From Octopus vulgaris (Eukaryota), in assembly GCA_951406725.2 (NCBI GenBank), contig OX597823.1:16430001-16494000 (forward strand): DNA of 64,000 bases. Reading direction: 5' to 3'. This document shows, piece after piece, positions 11,583-23,485 of this stretch; position 1 is the stretch's first letter; the number at the start of each line of letters is the position of its first letter. A model generated the notes under the pieces. That model was not told where the DNA came from. It saw only the letters and a list, made by a program, of their open reading frames with translations, and did not search any database. A program made the position numbers and the translations under genes.

Positions 11583-11883
11583 TGAAGGGAAATTCTATTA
11601 AAGATATTGGATTTATAATTTTTTTTTAGGTTTAAAGATGGGAGTATAATTCCTTTGTAGTGAAATAAGTGAAAACTGAGAAAGCTGTTGATTTGTTTCC
11701 TTTGTTGGTCTCACTACAAAAAAAATCCAACAAATGTTTGTGCAAAAGTGAACTCTTCCAGATGATGGTTGAGATGTTATCTACACCTGATATCTTGTTT
11801 CTTGACCTTTCCAAGCATTTTTTTTTTTTTTTTGCCTCTTCTGTGATAAATGGTCCATTATAAATTGGTAGGCTATCTCCTAT

Positions 11884-12141
11884 GGAGGTGCAATGGCCCA
11901 GTGGTTAGGGCAGCGGACTCGCGGTTGGAGGATCCCGGTTTCGATTCCCAGACCGGGCGTTGTGTGTGTTTATTGAGCAAAAACACCTAAGAGCTCAACT
12001 TTCTCTCACTCTCTCTTCCTGTTTCTTGCGTAACACTGCGATGGACTGGCGTCCCATCCAGCTGGGGGGAACACATATGCCACAGAAACCAAGAAACCGG
12101 GCCCATGAGCCTGGCTAGCCTTGAAAAGGGTGCATAAAAAA
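11884..12141 (+). mobile_element. SINE family C, tail variant 2
   Basis: Same head with a TCG anticodon-like loop. TSD AGGCTATCTCCTAT. Confidence 0.85.
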
Positions 12142-12952
12142 AAGGCTATCTCCTATTAAATGGTTAAAGAAAGGACCATCAATGAGTTTGGTGCTGTATA
12201 GCTCTGCTTTACCAAAAAGCAATCAGATGTGCTGAAACCAAGCATCTAGATGCTGTCATTATGCTGTGTTAGAGAAACATTAAACAATGTGATTGTTAAG
12301 AGTAGATTACTGTTCAATCATAGGTCTATTTGATCAGAGCTGACCTACAGCTAAACAACAGCAGCAAAAGTACAGAAATAGACAGGACAATGGAGAGAAC
12401 ACATGTCTATATGGTTATGGTCACACTTCACCCCATATGATTTATATTCACATGTTAGAGCAGGCGGTATGACCATCATTTTGGCAGAAATGCTGCACAG
12501 TTCGTATTATCATATGTGCAAAAATTATAATTTAACCTTCATATTTCTTGGTGCTTATGCAAAATTATGAAATGAATATTAATTTTCTAAAGAAAAACAT
12601 TTATTACTTTAAAATTAAATGAAGCAAATTTCTTATTTGTGTAACTCCTCTCTTTACTATACTCTTTTACTCTTTTACTCTTTTACTTGTTTCAGTCATT
12701 TGACTGCGGCCATGCTGGAGCACCGCCTTTATTGTCTCTGTGACGTTTTCTCTCACTGTGTGTGTGTTTTTTCCTTTATCCATTATCTACCACCAAGCCT
12801 CATATGTGCATTCCTCCTGTACATCTTTTGCTAACTCTCTCTGTATCTCTCTTTTACGTTCTGTCTCCCCATTCTCTGGATATGATGTAAAGCGTGACTG
12901 GAGGAATCAACCAGCCAGCCAACCAAGATTTATATTGGCTATTATTATATAG

Positions 12953-13257
12953 GTGGAGGCGCAATGGCCCAGTGGTTAAGGTAGCAGACTCGCGGTCGTA
13001 GGATCGCGGTTTCGATTCCCAGACCGGGCATTGTGAGTGTTTATTGAGCGAACACACCTAAAAGCTCCACGATGCTCCGGCAGGGGGTGGTGATCCCTGC
13101 TGTACTCTTTCACCACTCTTTCTCCCACTCTTTCTTCTGTTGGCCTGCTCGCTTAGCCAGCGGGGTGGCGTCGTTCGAAGGCTAAAACAATGCGAACGCA
13201 TTATGATCAGCGATGTGTAACAACATCTGATGGTCTGGTCGGTCACGTGATCACGTG
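12953..13257 (+). mobile_element. SINE family C, tail variant 3
   Basis: Same head, ends in TCACGTGATCACGTGA. TSD ATTATTATATAG. Confidence 0.85.
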
Positions 13258-13470
13258 ATTATTATATAGAAACTGCCAGAAATATTAGAGCATCAGACAA
13301 AATACCTTGTGGTAGTTATTCACAGTCCTTTACTTCTAGGTTCAAATACCACTAAGGTCAACTTTGCTTCTTATCTTTCTCAGGTCACTGGAGTCAAAAT
13401 AATTGATTGTTCCCACCCAACAAATTTCTAGCCTTGAGTCTGTGCTATTAATTATTATTTGTTATTAAAG

Positions 13471-13628
13471 CTGAAAACTTACTCAAAGATGACTGGAAGG
13501 GGCAAAATTTGTGCATGTATGAATTTGAATTCTACCTGGAGATTGCACGTGGGGATGTACAGGTAATCAAAGTAGATGATGGTCGGGCCTGGAGAATAGA
13601 TTCAAGATTGAGATCCTTATCTGTTACG
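13471..13628 (+). CDS. Candidate coding exon of an unidentified gene (ENLLKDDWKGQNLCMYEFEFYLEIARGDVQVIKVDDGRAWRIDSRLRSLSVT)
   Basis: Non-repetitive and less AT-rich than its flanks. The open frame is bounded by AAG| and |GTATGT. No family recognised, and a minus-strand exon reading is also possible. Confidence 0.3.
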
Positions 13629-13758
13629 GTATGTTTGTGACCCCTATCTTTTGTATTACATTTTTGTCCCTCCTCCATCTGTTGTATAAGTACAACATTT
13701 GTAACCATTTTCTACAAAACACTTTGTGTGTGTGTCTGTGTGTGTATGTGTGCGTGCT

Positions 13759-13789
<31 letters not shown>

Positions 13790-13817
13790 TACCTGTAGCC
13801 AAATAAAGAAAGGATTA

Positions 13818-13878
<61 letters not shown>

Positions 13879-15279
13879 CATTACTAGTTGTAGTCGTAAT
13901 AGTAGTGTCTTATCTTTATTTCGATAAGATCTCTTCACACTTCTTGTTAACGACTTGGCAGGAAATGTGCTGCTTGATATACTTCACATCTCTTAGCTGT
14001 TCCTTTTGATGAAGTCAAGATATCCTGTACGTGAGCAACTGCCCTTTCTCCCTTCTGTTTCTTCTCCTTCCCTACCCTCTTACTCTGCTCTGCTTACAAT
14101 AAGCTTGTATTCAGTAGCTTGGTGAAAACTAAAATAAATACACAAATAAAATAAAATAAAATAAAAATTTATCAGCTAATTGGACAGTCTAATGTGATAC
14201 AACAGGTAAAACAAAATTATTATACCTGGGGTAAAATGGGATCCTTATATCTAAATGGCAAGATTTAATACTAATACTACTACTAATAATAATAGTGTTA
14301 TCCTGTACATGTTTTGTCTTGGTATAAAAGATAAGCTACAACAAATATTCTATTCAGTACTACAGATTTGCTTGTCAGCTGCTTGACCATCACCAGTTGA
14401 GCATGTCCCTTAGTGGCTGATGCTATGTGCATCTCTGGTCACAAGCAGGAGTAGTTGGAGAGCATCATAGCCATTTTTTTTTTAATTACTCAAAATATTT
14501 AAAAGAATGTTTAAGCATTATTATAATTAAAGCAATAACATCATTTAAAGAAAACACACACACTCTCCTGGATCAGATCAAGGCTTCCCTCAACATCTAC
14601 AGCCCTCCCCACTTAGTCTAGATACTGAATAGTCTTGAAATTAGCCCCATGAGAGCATCTTTAACAGCTTAGGATAAAGGTTATATAAATCAATTTCATT
14701 GTTATTTAGCAACCTATCAAGATTTTCTTATTGTTAGACTAGCTTGCTTTTTCTGCCAGGATGTGAAGAAGCTATTCCAAGCAAGACATGTGAACTACTT
14801 CTGCCAAGCTTATCCTCACATAAAACATTTTTTTGTAAAAAAATCAAATCTAAAATACAGTTAGTAAACCCTCCCCGCAATATGCACAAATATTATATGT
14901 TCAGGGTTACCTGATCTAGTATATTCATCCATTCAAAGAAGGTTAGGATAAACCAGGAGATTTGGTCACTATTCCTAGCTTGAGCAGCTATTTAAAGGTT
15001 CCATGACAGGGTTGGGTGAGATGGTGGAAATGATAAGGGACGAAGAAGCGTCCCCATTTTTCTGTCTTCCTTATCATCATCTCTTAACATCCATTTTCTA
15101 TGCTGGCATGGGTCGGGCAGTGTGACAGAATCCATGGGTCAGAGGACTGCATTATGCTCCAATTTCGACTTTGTCATTGTTTCTATGGCTGGATGCCTTT
15201 CCTGGTGCAACCACTTGTCTACTGGGGCTTTTTCATGGTACCAGCATTGGTGAGGCTGCTATTCAACATGTGAGACTAT

Positions 15280-15830
15280 GATCCTTTTCTGCAGAGTAAG
15301 GTTACAGCAGAGATGGAAGTTGCTTCATCCTGGGAGATGAGAAGTTTAAGTATGAAAAGAGAGGCCCAATCAGAACAAATGTCTTGCTGAAGAGAAGCTA
15401 CTTGGCTACTCACATTATAGAAGAGAGGGTGGTAGTAATGTTGCATAGTGAAACTGTACACCCCTCCCGGTAAAAAGTGGTAGGAGAGAGCCATTATAAG
15501 TAGACTAGTAGCTGGTTGACAGGAGAAGGTGGAAAGTCAAGAGTATGTGTAGACGGTGTTGATAGTCGTGTCTATGGTGATATAGTAATCATACTGTGAT
15601 ATTGAGTGTTAATGATCCAACCATTTGAGGATAATAGCACTGTATGACTGGGGGTTGTACAGTGCAAGATAGAAACATTTTATCAACGACTTCAGAATAT
15701 AACAATATCTGTCAGAGTGACAACCGTTGTAAAAGACAGAAACAAAGGTGGCAAAAGACCACTTTCTAACAGTGGCAATGAGGAAAAACAAATTTACACG
15801 GAGTGTATAAAACATTCACACGGAGAGTTC
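15280..15830 (-). mobile_element. Highly decayed L2/CR1-group LINE 3' region
   Basis: Degenerate RT C-terminal-like translation, resembling 31130-31560. Confidence 0.4.
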
Positions 15831-16061
15831 AAACTAATTCACGTGGAAAATTTAATACCTCAACGAATAAGAAACAAAAATCTTGTTGTGTAAATTTGAA
15901 CTCAGAATGTTTATGAGTTGAAAAAATCCAGGAATTTATTTGGCACCGAATGTTTGAAGAAATTGATTTATGGGATACACCCATAAGCATTTTGTACAAT
16001 AGCATAAACGGGGCAGTCAAATGATCGAACAAGGTTGATGAACAGAAACAAAAAAAAGTGA

Positions 16062-16262
16062 TACTCTTTTACTCTTTTACTGGTTTCAGTCATTTGATTG
16101 CGGCCATGCTGGAGCACCGCCTTTTTTAGTCGAGCAAATCGACCCCGGGACTTATTCTTTGTAAGCCCAGTACTTATTCTATCGGTTCTCTTTTGCCGAA
16201 CTGCTAAGTGACAGGGACGTAAACACACCAGCATCGGTTGTCAAGCAATGTTAGGGGGACAA

Positions 16263-16298
<36 letters not shown>

Positions 16299-16443
16299 GC
16301 ATATATACGACAGGCTTCTTTCAGTTTCCGTCTACCAAATCCACTCACAAGGCATTGGTCGGCCTGGGGCTATAGCAGAAGACACTTGCCCAAGGTGCCA
16401 CGCATGTGGTTGGTTAGCAAGCTACTTACCACACAGCCACTCC
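16062..16443 (-). mobile_element. SINE family A
   Basis: Full copy with a small head deletion. Confidence 0.9.
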
Positions 16444-16449
16444 GTGGAA

Positions 16450-16745
16450 CATTGTGTGTGAACTACCAGTAACTTTGGAAGAAATAACAAGAAACATAAG
16501 AAATGACAAATTTATTAATGAGACAAAAAGAAAACTGTGGTCAACAAAAGGAAATAAAGAAAGATTTGATGCAAAGAACTGCCAAGGTGTGAATGTGTAC
16601 TCTATATATGTTGGTGTACTAATGTATGCTCAGCAGGTGGTCATACCACAGACATTACAGAAGAGAATGCTAAAAGAGTTTCATGGCATCTCTAGAATGT
16701 AAGCGCTGATGCAAAGTTTTGTATACTGGCCAAGCATGGATAAGG
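16450..16745 (+). mobile_element. Ty3/Gypsy pol fragment (integrase H2C2 zinc-binding region)
   Basis: GVLMYAQQVVIPQTLQKRMLKEFH-GISRM*ALMQSFVYWPSMDK. Confidence 0.8.
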
Positions 16746-16749
16746 CCAG

Positions 16750-17230
16750 TCAATTAGATCAACCCCAATATGCAACTGGTACTTAATTTATCGATCTGGA
16801 AAGGATGAAAGTCAAAGTCAACCTTGGGCGGAATTTGAACTCAGAACATAAAGACAAACAAAATACCACTAAGCATTTCACCTGGTGCGCTAACGTTTCT
16901 GCCAGCTTGCTGCCTTAAAATCCTCATCATCATCGTTTAATATCCAATATCCGTTTTCCATGCTGCCATGAGTTGGATGGTTTGACTGAGGTCTGGAGAG
17001 CCAGTAGCTGCACCAGGCTCCAATCTGATCTGGCAATGTTTCTACAGCTGGATACCCAACCTAACACCAACCACTCCAAGAGTGTAGTGGGTGTTTTTTA
17101 CATGCCACCACCACCAGTCAGGAAGATCTGACATCAATAATATTCGGATAGAGCTTTTTATGTGTCACCAGCACAGGAGCCGGTCAAGGGTTACTGGCAT
17201 TGGTCACGTTTGGATGGTGCTTTTTAGTGC
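16750..17230 (-). mobile_element. SINE family B followed by SINE family D (RTE-type (GAT)n tail)
   Basis: Family B core at 16750-16917. Family D at 16925-17230 with CATCATCATCGTTTAA and CTACAGCTGGAT motifs. Confidence 0.75.
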
Positions 17231-17412
17231 TTAAATAACATAAGCTGATTATGAGGAATCTGCCAATCCTCACTATCTACTGATGAGTGTAACAATAAGT
17301 ATCATCTCTGTTAATTTTTAATATTTACATAGTGCATGGCAGAAATTATCATCAATTAAGGCATACACATGTTAGTGTTGTCCCATCCTTTGAGTAGAAC
17401 ATACAGCAAGTG

Positions 17413-17448
<36 letters not shown>

Positions 17449-17825
17449 TGGGGTCTATACACATAAACAGGCATGGCTGTGTGGTTAAGAAGTTTACTTC
17501 CAAACCATGTGATTTCAGGCTCTGTCCCACCATGCAACACCTTAGGAAAAATGTCTACTATGATAGCCCCCACATTAACCAAAGTCTGGTGAGTGAATTT
17601 AGTAGACAGAAACTGAAAGAAGGTCATTGTGTATATACATACATCCATGCATACATACACACACACACACACACACACACAGACATATTTACATGAAGTT
17701 AAATATATATCTGATCATAGAGTGACCAATGTGTGTGTGTGTGTGTGTGTGTATTGCTGATATCATTAGAATTTTATAAACTTTCGAGAGAATATGAAAT
17801 AATTCAGTTTTGGAATATCTTAAAG

Positions 17826-18206
17826 CAGGTGTGGCTGTGTGGTAAGTAGCTTGCTCACCAACTACATGGTTCCAGGTTCACTCCCACTGTATAGCACCTT
17901 GGGCAAGTGTTTTCTACTATAGCCTCGGGCCAACCAAAGTCTTGTGAGTGGATTTGGTAGACAGAAACTGAAAGAAGCCCGTCGTATATATGTATATATA
18001 TATGTATGTATGTGTATATGTTTGTGTGTCTGTGCTTGACAACCGATGCTGGTGTGTTTACATCCCCTGAACCTTCCCAGTTCGGCAAAAGAGACTGATA
18101 GAATATGGACTAGGCTTCCAAAGAATAAGTCCTGGGGTCGATTTGCTCAACTAAAGGCGGTGCTCTAGCATGGCCGCAGTCAAATGACTGAAACAAGTAA
18201 AAGAGT
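17826..18206 (+). mobile_element. SINE family A
   Basis: Full copy. An older partial copy lies at about 17468-17630. Confidence 0.9.
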
Positions 18207-18651
18207 ATAAAGCTATAAATAATAGTATGTAAATACTGGGTGAATATTTGGTTGAAAAAACCATTTTGGATAAAAAAAATCAAAGGTTGCCTTCAGCTTT
18301 TTCTATCCAAAAGAATGAAATATTATTTAAGGAGAAATTTGACTGCTATTTTCAGCATTATGTATTGAATGACCATGTAGAGATTTTCTTGTTGGTCCAT
18401 GGCAACTATGTGTTTACTTATGATGTGTCAAAATATTCTGTCATCATTCTTTAGATGAAAGTGAAAGTTGTAAAGGTCAAATTGTTTCATAAATAAATAC
18501 CAGGCTGATTTCTGTTAAGTAATCAAAGGATTTTAATTAATGTAAAATCAAAATATTACATGATTGATATATACATCATCATGCGATGAAAGATGTTAAT
18601 GGTGAAGTTTTAACCTTTTGTTAAAATTTCATTCTTAATAATCTTCTTGAT

Positions 18652-18823
18652 AGGCCCAGGAGTGGCTGTGTGGTAAGTAGCTTGCTAGCCAACCACATGG
18701 TTCCGGGTTCAGTCCCACTGCATGGCATCTTGGGCAGGTGTCTTCTGCTATAGCCTCGGGCCGACCAAAGCCTTGTGAGTGGATTTGGTAGACGGAAACT
18801 GAAAGAAGCCTGTCGTATATATG

Positions 18824-18856
<33 letters not shown>

Positions 18857-19072
18857 ATATGTTTGTGTGTCTGTGTTTGTCCCTCTAGCATTGCTTGACA
18901 ACTGATGCTGGTGTGTTTATGTCCCCGTTACCTAGCAGTTCGGCAAAAGAGACCAATAGAATAAGTACTGGGCTTACAAAGAATAAGTCCCGGGGTCGAT
19001 TTGCTCGACTAAAGGTGGTGCTCCAGCATGGCCGCAGTCAAATGACTGAAACAAGTAAAAGAGTAAAAGAGT
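18652..19072 (+). mobile_element. SINE family A
   Basis: Full copy. Confidence 0.9.
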
Positions 19073-19239
19073 ACCCTAAATTTTAACTTTATACAATAAG
19101 ACAATATTGTTTGAAATGATCTTAAGAAATTATTTGATTTATCTCGTTCATAAATGCCTCTACCCTCTTAATCTTAGTATTTATGAGGGCCTTTATATAA
19201 ATAACCCTTCTAAACAAGTACCACTAAGAAACTATAAAT

Positions 19240-19644
19240 ATAATAATAATGAAATTATTGTATACAGTGCTCAGGTGCACCACAACTTGTCAGAAAGTGC
19301 ATATAAAGTACATGCAGTAATGTAGAAATGTCTGGAAAGCGAACAATGTATGAGTTAGATACATGCTTGTGTGTGTATGGAGGGGAGAAAATCAAGTGTA
19401 ATGTTGGCGAATCTCAGGAAGCATGGAAGTTTTGAAGGATGCAGTGCTCTGACAACTAACAACCGATGCCGGCAGTTTGTTCCATGCTTCAGCAACTCTC
19501 AGCGTGAAAAAATGTTTCCTGAAGTCATGGGAGCTGTGCTGTTTTCTGACTTTGTAAATATGTCCATGGGTGTTAGACGGGTGGAGTTTGAAAAGGTGCT
19601 CAGAGTTATTGTTTGTAAGATGGTTGATAATTTTATGGGTGTCT
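19240..19644 (-). mobile_element. CR1/L2-group LINE 3' fragment (long 3'UTR subfamily)
   Basis: KVRKQHSSHDFRKHFFTLRVAEAWNKLP and a GTGCACCTGAGCAC terminal hairpin. Confidence 0.9.
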
Positions 19645-20700
19645 AGGGAGTAACAATAATAACTTCTTAAACCTATAATATAACCCTTAGTTTTTAAAAA
19701 AAAGATTAGTGTAAAAATATGATTGTTCCATGACTTAAATATTTATTTAGCTGATACCAAACATCAGTCTTTTATTGATACTAGCTAAATAAGTAAATAT
19801 ATAATTTTTAATCTAATATATTTTGAATTATTATACTTTTTCTAAAAATCTTCTCTATTGGTGTTAATAAGCTACATATACTTTACCATAGTATTAGTAA
19901 TTGAGCTATTTTATTTCCTTTTCTATGGTGTTCTGCCCTACTTGATTATTTTATTTTATCTTTTTATTATTTTATAATTAGCCTTTATTTATTTATAAAA
20001 TTAATCTAATTTTTGTATCTATATAGATTCATACTTAGCTTATATAAAACTATACTGGTGTATTCACTACTTATAAAAAAACTGCTTAGATTATAATTTT
20101 ATTAATATATAATTAGCATGTTCCCTTACCTCAATACTCCTTTATTAATACCTGTATATTACTAACAAATCAATATTCACAGATACCATCTAATGAGTTA
20201 GCATTTAAGTGTACAATATGTATAAATATTAAACTATTTCTGGATAATTTCTTTTCCTCCCTCTATTGTGGTAAAAGTTTGGCATATACTCAAAAGTATT
20301 CATAAATTTCTATCCTTTTGTTATAATATTCTTCTCTGAATAGCCCTAAACTTCAACTGTATACAATATAGCAACATTCTGTAAAATATTTAACTATAGT
20401 ACTCTATGATAAGACTTCCCCTGTTTCATTATCAATGGTCTGCTAGTGCCCCCCCCCTAATTGTCAGCTAACATATTGTTTTAAGTTTTCCTTTACCAAA
20501 CCTTATGATATTGCTTCTAATAAATCTTGATTTTTATGACTATACCAACTACGATGTCTGTCTGCTCCCTCAGCCCTATCCCTAATAGATACAATTCTCT
20601 GTTCTCTCAGCCTTAGATATACAAGGGATTTCATAAACTAGTCTATAAATTAAAACTGACCCCATAAAAACAAAAAAATTAGTGACAGACAGAATCTGTA
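19645..20700 (+). mobile_element. Heavily decayed I/Nimb-group LINE with RNase H domain
   Basis: Frameshifted motifs in the correct order: LSY..FYG/SA (about LDYG..YGSA), IKL.TGVFTT (about IRL.TGAFRTS), IING (about YTDG), SFTKPYDI (about FTAELYAI), CLSAPSALS (about DSLSALQAL). Confidence 0.45.
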
Positions 20701-20850
20701 ACAATGTATATTTTCTTGAAAAATTGAGTAACTTCTATACTGCCGTTGGGACATCATGTTCTTTGTCTATCTCCTTAACTTCTTGGAGATTTCAAGTATA
20801 ATTATACTAATGTGTACATCTGTTCTAATTTATTTAAATTCTATGTCTTT

Positions 20851-20939
20851 GTGCAGCTGAAGATTGTTCTGCATTTTAAGTTGATGTAATGATTGCATTG
20901 TTCAATTAAATGGAGTTGCATGAAACGATCGTACTACAT
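20851..20939 (+). ncRNA. Type I hammerhead ribozyme motif (Penelope-type, palindromic stem III, long stem II)
   Basis: CTGAAGA 20857-20863, GAAA 20922-20925, palindrome ACGATCGT, GUA cleavage triplet 20931-20933, stem I GTGCAG/CTACAT. Confidence 0.7.
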
Positions 20940-20971
20940 TACCTCTGGATATCCTTGTTGCTTATTTTGAT

Positions 20972-21300
20972 TCATCATCATCATCATCATCATCATTTAG
21001 CGTCTGCTTTCCATGCTAGCATGGGTTGGACGGTTCAACTGGGGTCTGTGAAGCCAGAAGGCTGCATCAGGCCCAGTCTGATCTGGCAGTGTTTCTATGG
21101 CTGGATGCCCTTCCTAACGCCAACCACTCTGTGAGTGTAGTGGGTGCTTTTTACGTGCCACCCACACAGGTGCCAGACGGAGCTGGCAAACGTCCACGGA
21201 CGGATGGTGCTTTTTACGTGCTACCGGCACGGGGGCCAGGCGAGGCTGGCAATGGCCACGAACAGATGGTGCTTTTACGTGCCACCGGCACGGGGGCCAT
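20972..21300 (-). mobile_element. SINE family D with three internal tandem units
   Basis: (CAT)n tail, GGATGCCCTTCCTAACGCCAACC motif, and GTGCTTTTACGTGCCACCGGCAC-type unit repeated three times. Confidence 0.75.
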
Positions 21301-21360
21301 ATATATATATATATATATAGATAGATAGATAAATATAGATTTATATATATATACCTAGTT

Positions 21361-21397
<37 letters not shown>

Positions 21398-21501
21398 CAT
21401 ATATATATATCTACATATACATATACATGACATATATATATATTCATATATACATATATATACATATACATCTATATACATACATACATACATATATATA
21501 T

Positions 21502-21532
<31 letters not shown>

Positions 21533-21786
21533 CACACACACATATATATACATATATATTGCGACTGATCTTCTATGACTATGAGTCTTCCTGTCACCAA
21601 CCCTCTCCTGTTTCCAAGCAAGGTACTATTTCTTTATGGCCACACATGTTTTTGCAGAATTTGGAAATGAATGACACTGCTTATGTGACAATGACACTCA
21701 TCTACAGCTATCACATGATGCCACATGACAAGGAGACGCAAACATATGCACAGAAACACACACTCACACATACATGTGTATGTGTG

Positions 21787-21829
<43 letters not shown>

Positions 21830-22218
21830 ATACACACACAAATATACAACAGGCTTCTTTCAGTTTCTGTCAACCAAATCCACTAACAAGGTTTCAGTCA
21901 GCCCTGATATGTATGTATGTATGTATGCATGTATGCATGTATGTATGTATGTATGTATGTATATGTATGTATGTATGTATGTATGTATGCATGTATGTAT
22001 GTATGAATTTATGTATGTATGCATGCATGCATGTATGTATGTATGCATGTATGTATGCATGTATGTATGTATGCATGCATGTATGTATGAATTTATGTAT
22101 GTATGTATGTATGTATGTATGCATGTATGTATGTCTGTATGTATGTATGTATGCATGCATGCATGTATGTGTGTATGTATGTATGTATGTATGTATGTAT
22201 GTATGTATGTATGTATGC

Positions 22219-22251
<33 letters not shown>

Positions 22252-22570
22252 TGCATGCATGCATGCATGTATGTATGTATTTATGTATGTATGCATATAT
22301 GTATGTATACATGTATGCATGTATCTATGTATGCACGGATGGATGTATGCATGCATGTATGTATGAATTTATGTATGTATGTATGTATGTATGTATGTAT
22401 GTATGTATGTATGTATGTATGCTTGCATGTATGTATGCATGTATGCATGCATGTATGTATTTATGTATATATGCATGCGTGCACGCATGTATGTACACAC
22501 AAACAAACACATACACAGATGTATATAGATAGGTGGATACATATGTACGCCCATATGAGTGTGTGTGCAT
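21300..22570. repeat. Compound microsatellite (TA)n/(CA)n/(TATG)n
   Basis: Directly visible. About 590 bp of degenerate (TATG)n at 21908-22495. Confidence 0.95.
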
Positions 22571-22752
22571 GTCTGTACAAATATTTTACATCCTTTAAGC
22601 TTTCTGTGAAAAAACCACTGAGCTACAAATGGTCAAGTTTGTTACCATTTCCCTGTCATCAAATTCTCCACTGGCCCTTCACTTTTGAAGAATGTTGAAA
22701 ACAAGCGAGCATTGGGGACAGGAATAGTATAACAATGCCACAGTAATATACA

Positions 22753-23485
22753 CAGGGTGGCCACTGAAAAACTGAAGGGTTTGAAAACATCATAACTTGT
22801 TTGTTTTCAATCTTTTTTTCATTTTATTGTTTTGCATATTAAAGAGCATCTCTTGGAGATTAAAATGGCTATGTATGATGTCCAGCAACAAGTAGAACTC
22901 ATTGAGTTTTTCTATTCCAGTGAAAGATCAAGTATTCAGACTCAGAGAAAATACTGGTTCCATTTTACTGTCAGAGTATCTCCAAGTGATAACATGATAC
23001 AGGACCTAATTGCCCAGTTTGAAGGAACTGGATCAGTCGACGATCTTCTGGGAAGAGCTCTTAAGCGTACTGTGTGCACTGATGCAGTGGTGGAAGCTGT
23101 TTGGTAGAGTGTCCAAGGCAGCAAACTGGCAGAAACGTTAGCATGCCAGGCGAAATCCTGAGTGGTATTTCGTCTGCCGTTATGTTCTGAGTTCAAATTC
23201 TGCCAAGGTCGACTTTGCTTTTCATCCTTTCAGGGTTGATAAATTAAGTACCAGTTATGCACTGGAGTTGATGTAATCGGCTTAATCCCTTTGTCTGTCC
23301 TTGTTTGTCCCTTCTATGTTTAGCCCCTTGTGGGCAATAAAGAAATTAGAGTGTCCTTGAGGGTCTATCAGCCTCAACTAGGCATTACCAGAACATTGCT
23401 TCAGAAGATTCTAAAACTAGATTTTAAAATATTTCCATCCAAATAAAATAATAAAATTTTTTAAAAAAACTATGTGGCCACCCTG
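22753..23485 (+). mobile_element. Internally deleted Tc1/mariner-superfamily element (N-terminal HTH remnant) with a nested family B SINE
   Basis: TIR CAGGGTGGCCAC/GTGGCCACCCTG-TA. ORF MYDVQQQVELIEFFY..TQRKY..FEGTGSVDD. SINE at 23116-23346 with TSD TAGAGTGTCC. Confidence 0.85.

Larger units (their letters stand above)
9420..11870 (-). mobile_element. Old RTE-clade LINE with (GAA)n tail, interrupted by SINEs
   Basis: Minus-strand remnants GILQGDTL (about 10520-10540) and DFKYLGSYI (about 9995-10020). The (CTT)n tract at 9420-9526 is the expanded 3' tail. Confidence 0.75.

Noticed and set aside
17275-17315. Hammerhead starting at CTGATGA (also CTGAAGA at 45157 and 60307)
   Set aside because: No GAAA or no stems. 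The 60307 case lies within transposase coding sequence.
19645-20700. NUMT, or dUTPase (minus-strand KGNKIAQLLIL at about 19890-19925)
   Set aside because: No mitochondrial gene motifs or other dUTPase motifs were found, and colinear LINE motifs explain it better.
21140-21300. CRISPR-like repeat-spacer pattern
   Set aside because: The spacers are homologous to each other. It is an internal tandem repeat of a SINE in eukaryotic DNA.
21427-22698. 423-aa ORF and overlapping MYVC/HTYI ORFs (also 32481-33140, 45531-46380, 61312-61857)
   Set aside because: These are translations of stop-free microsatellites.
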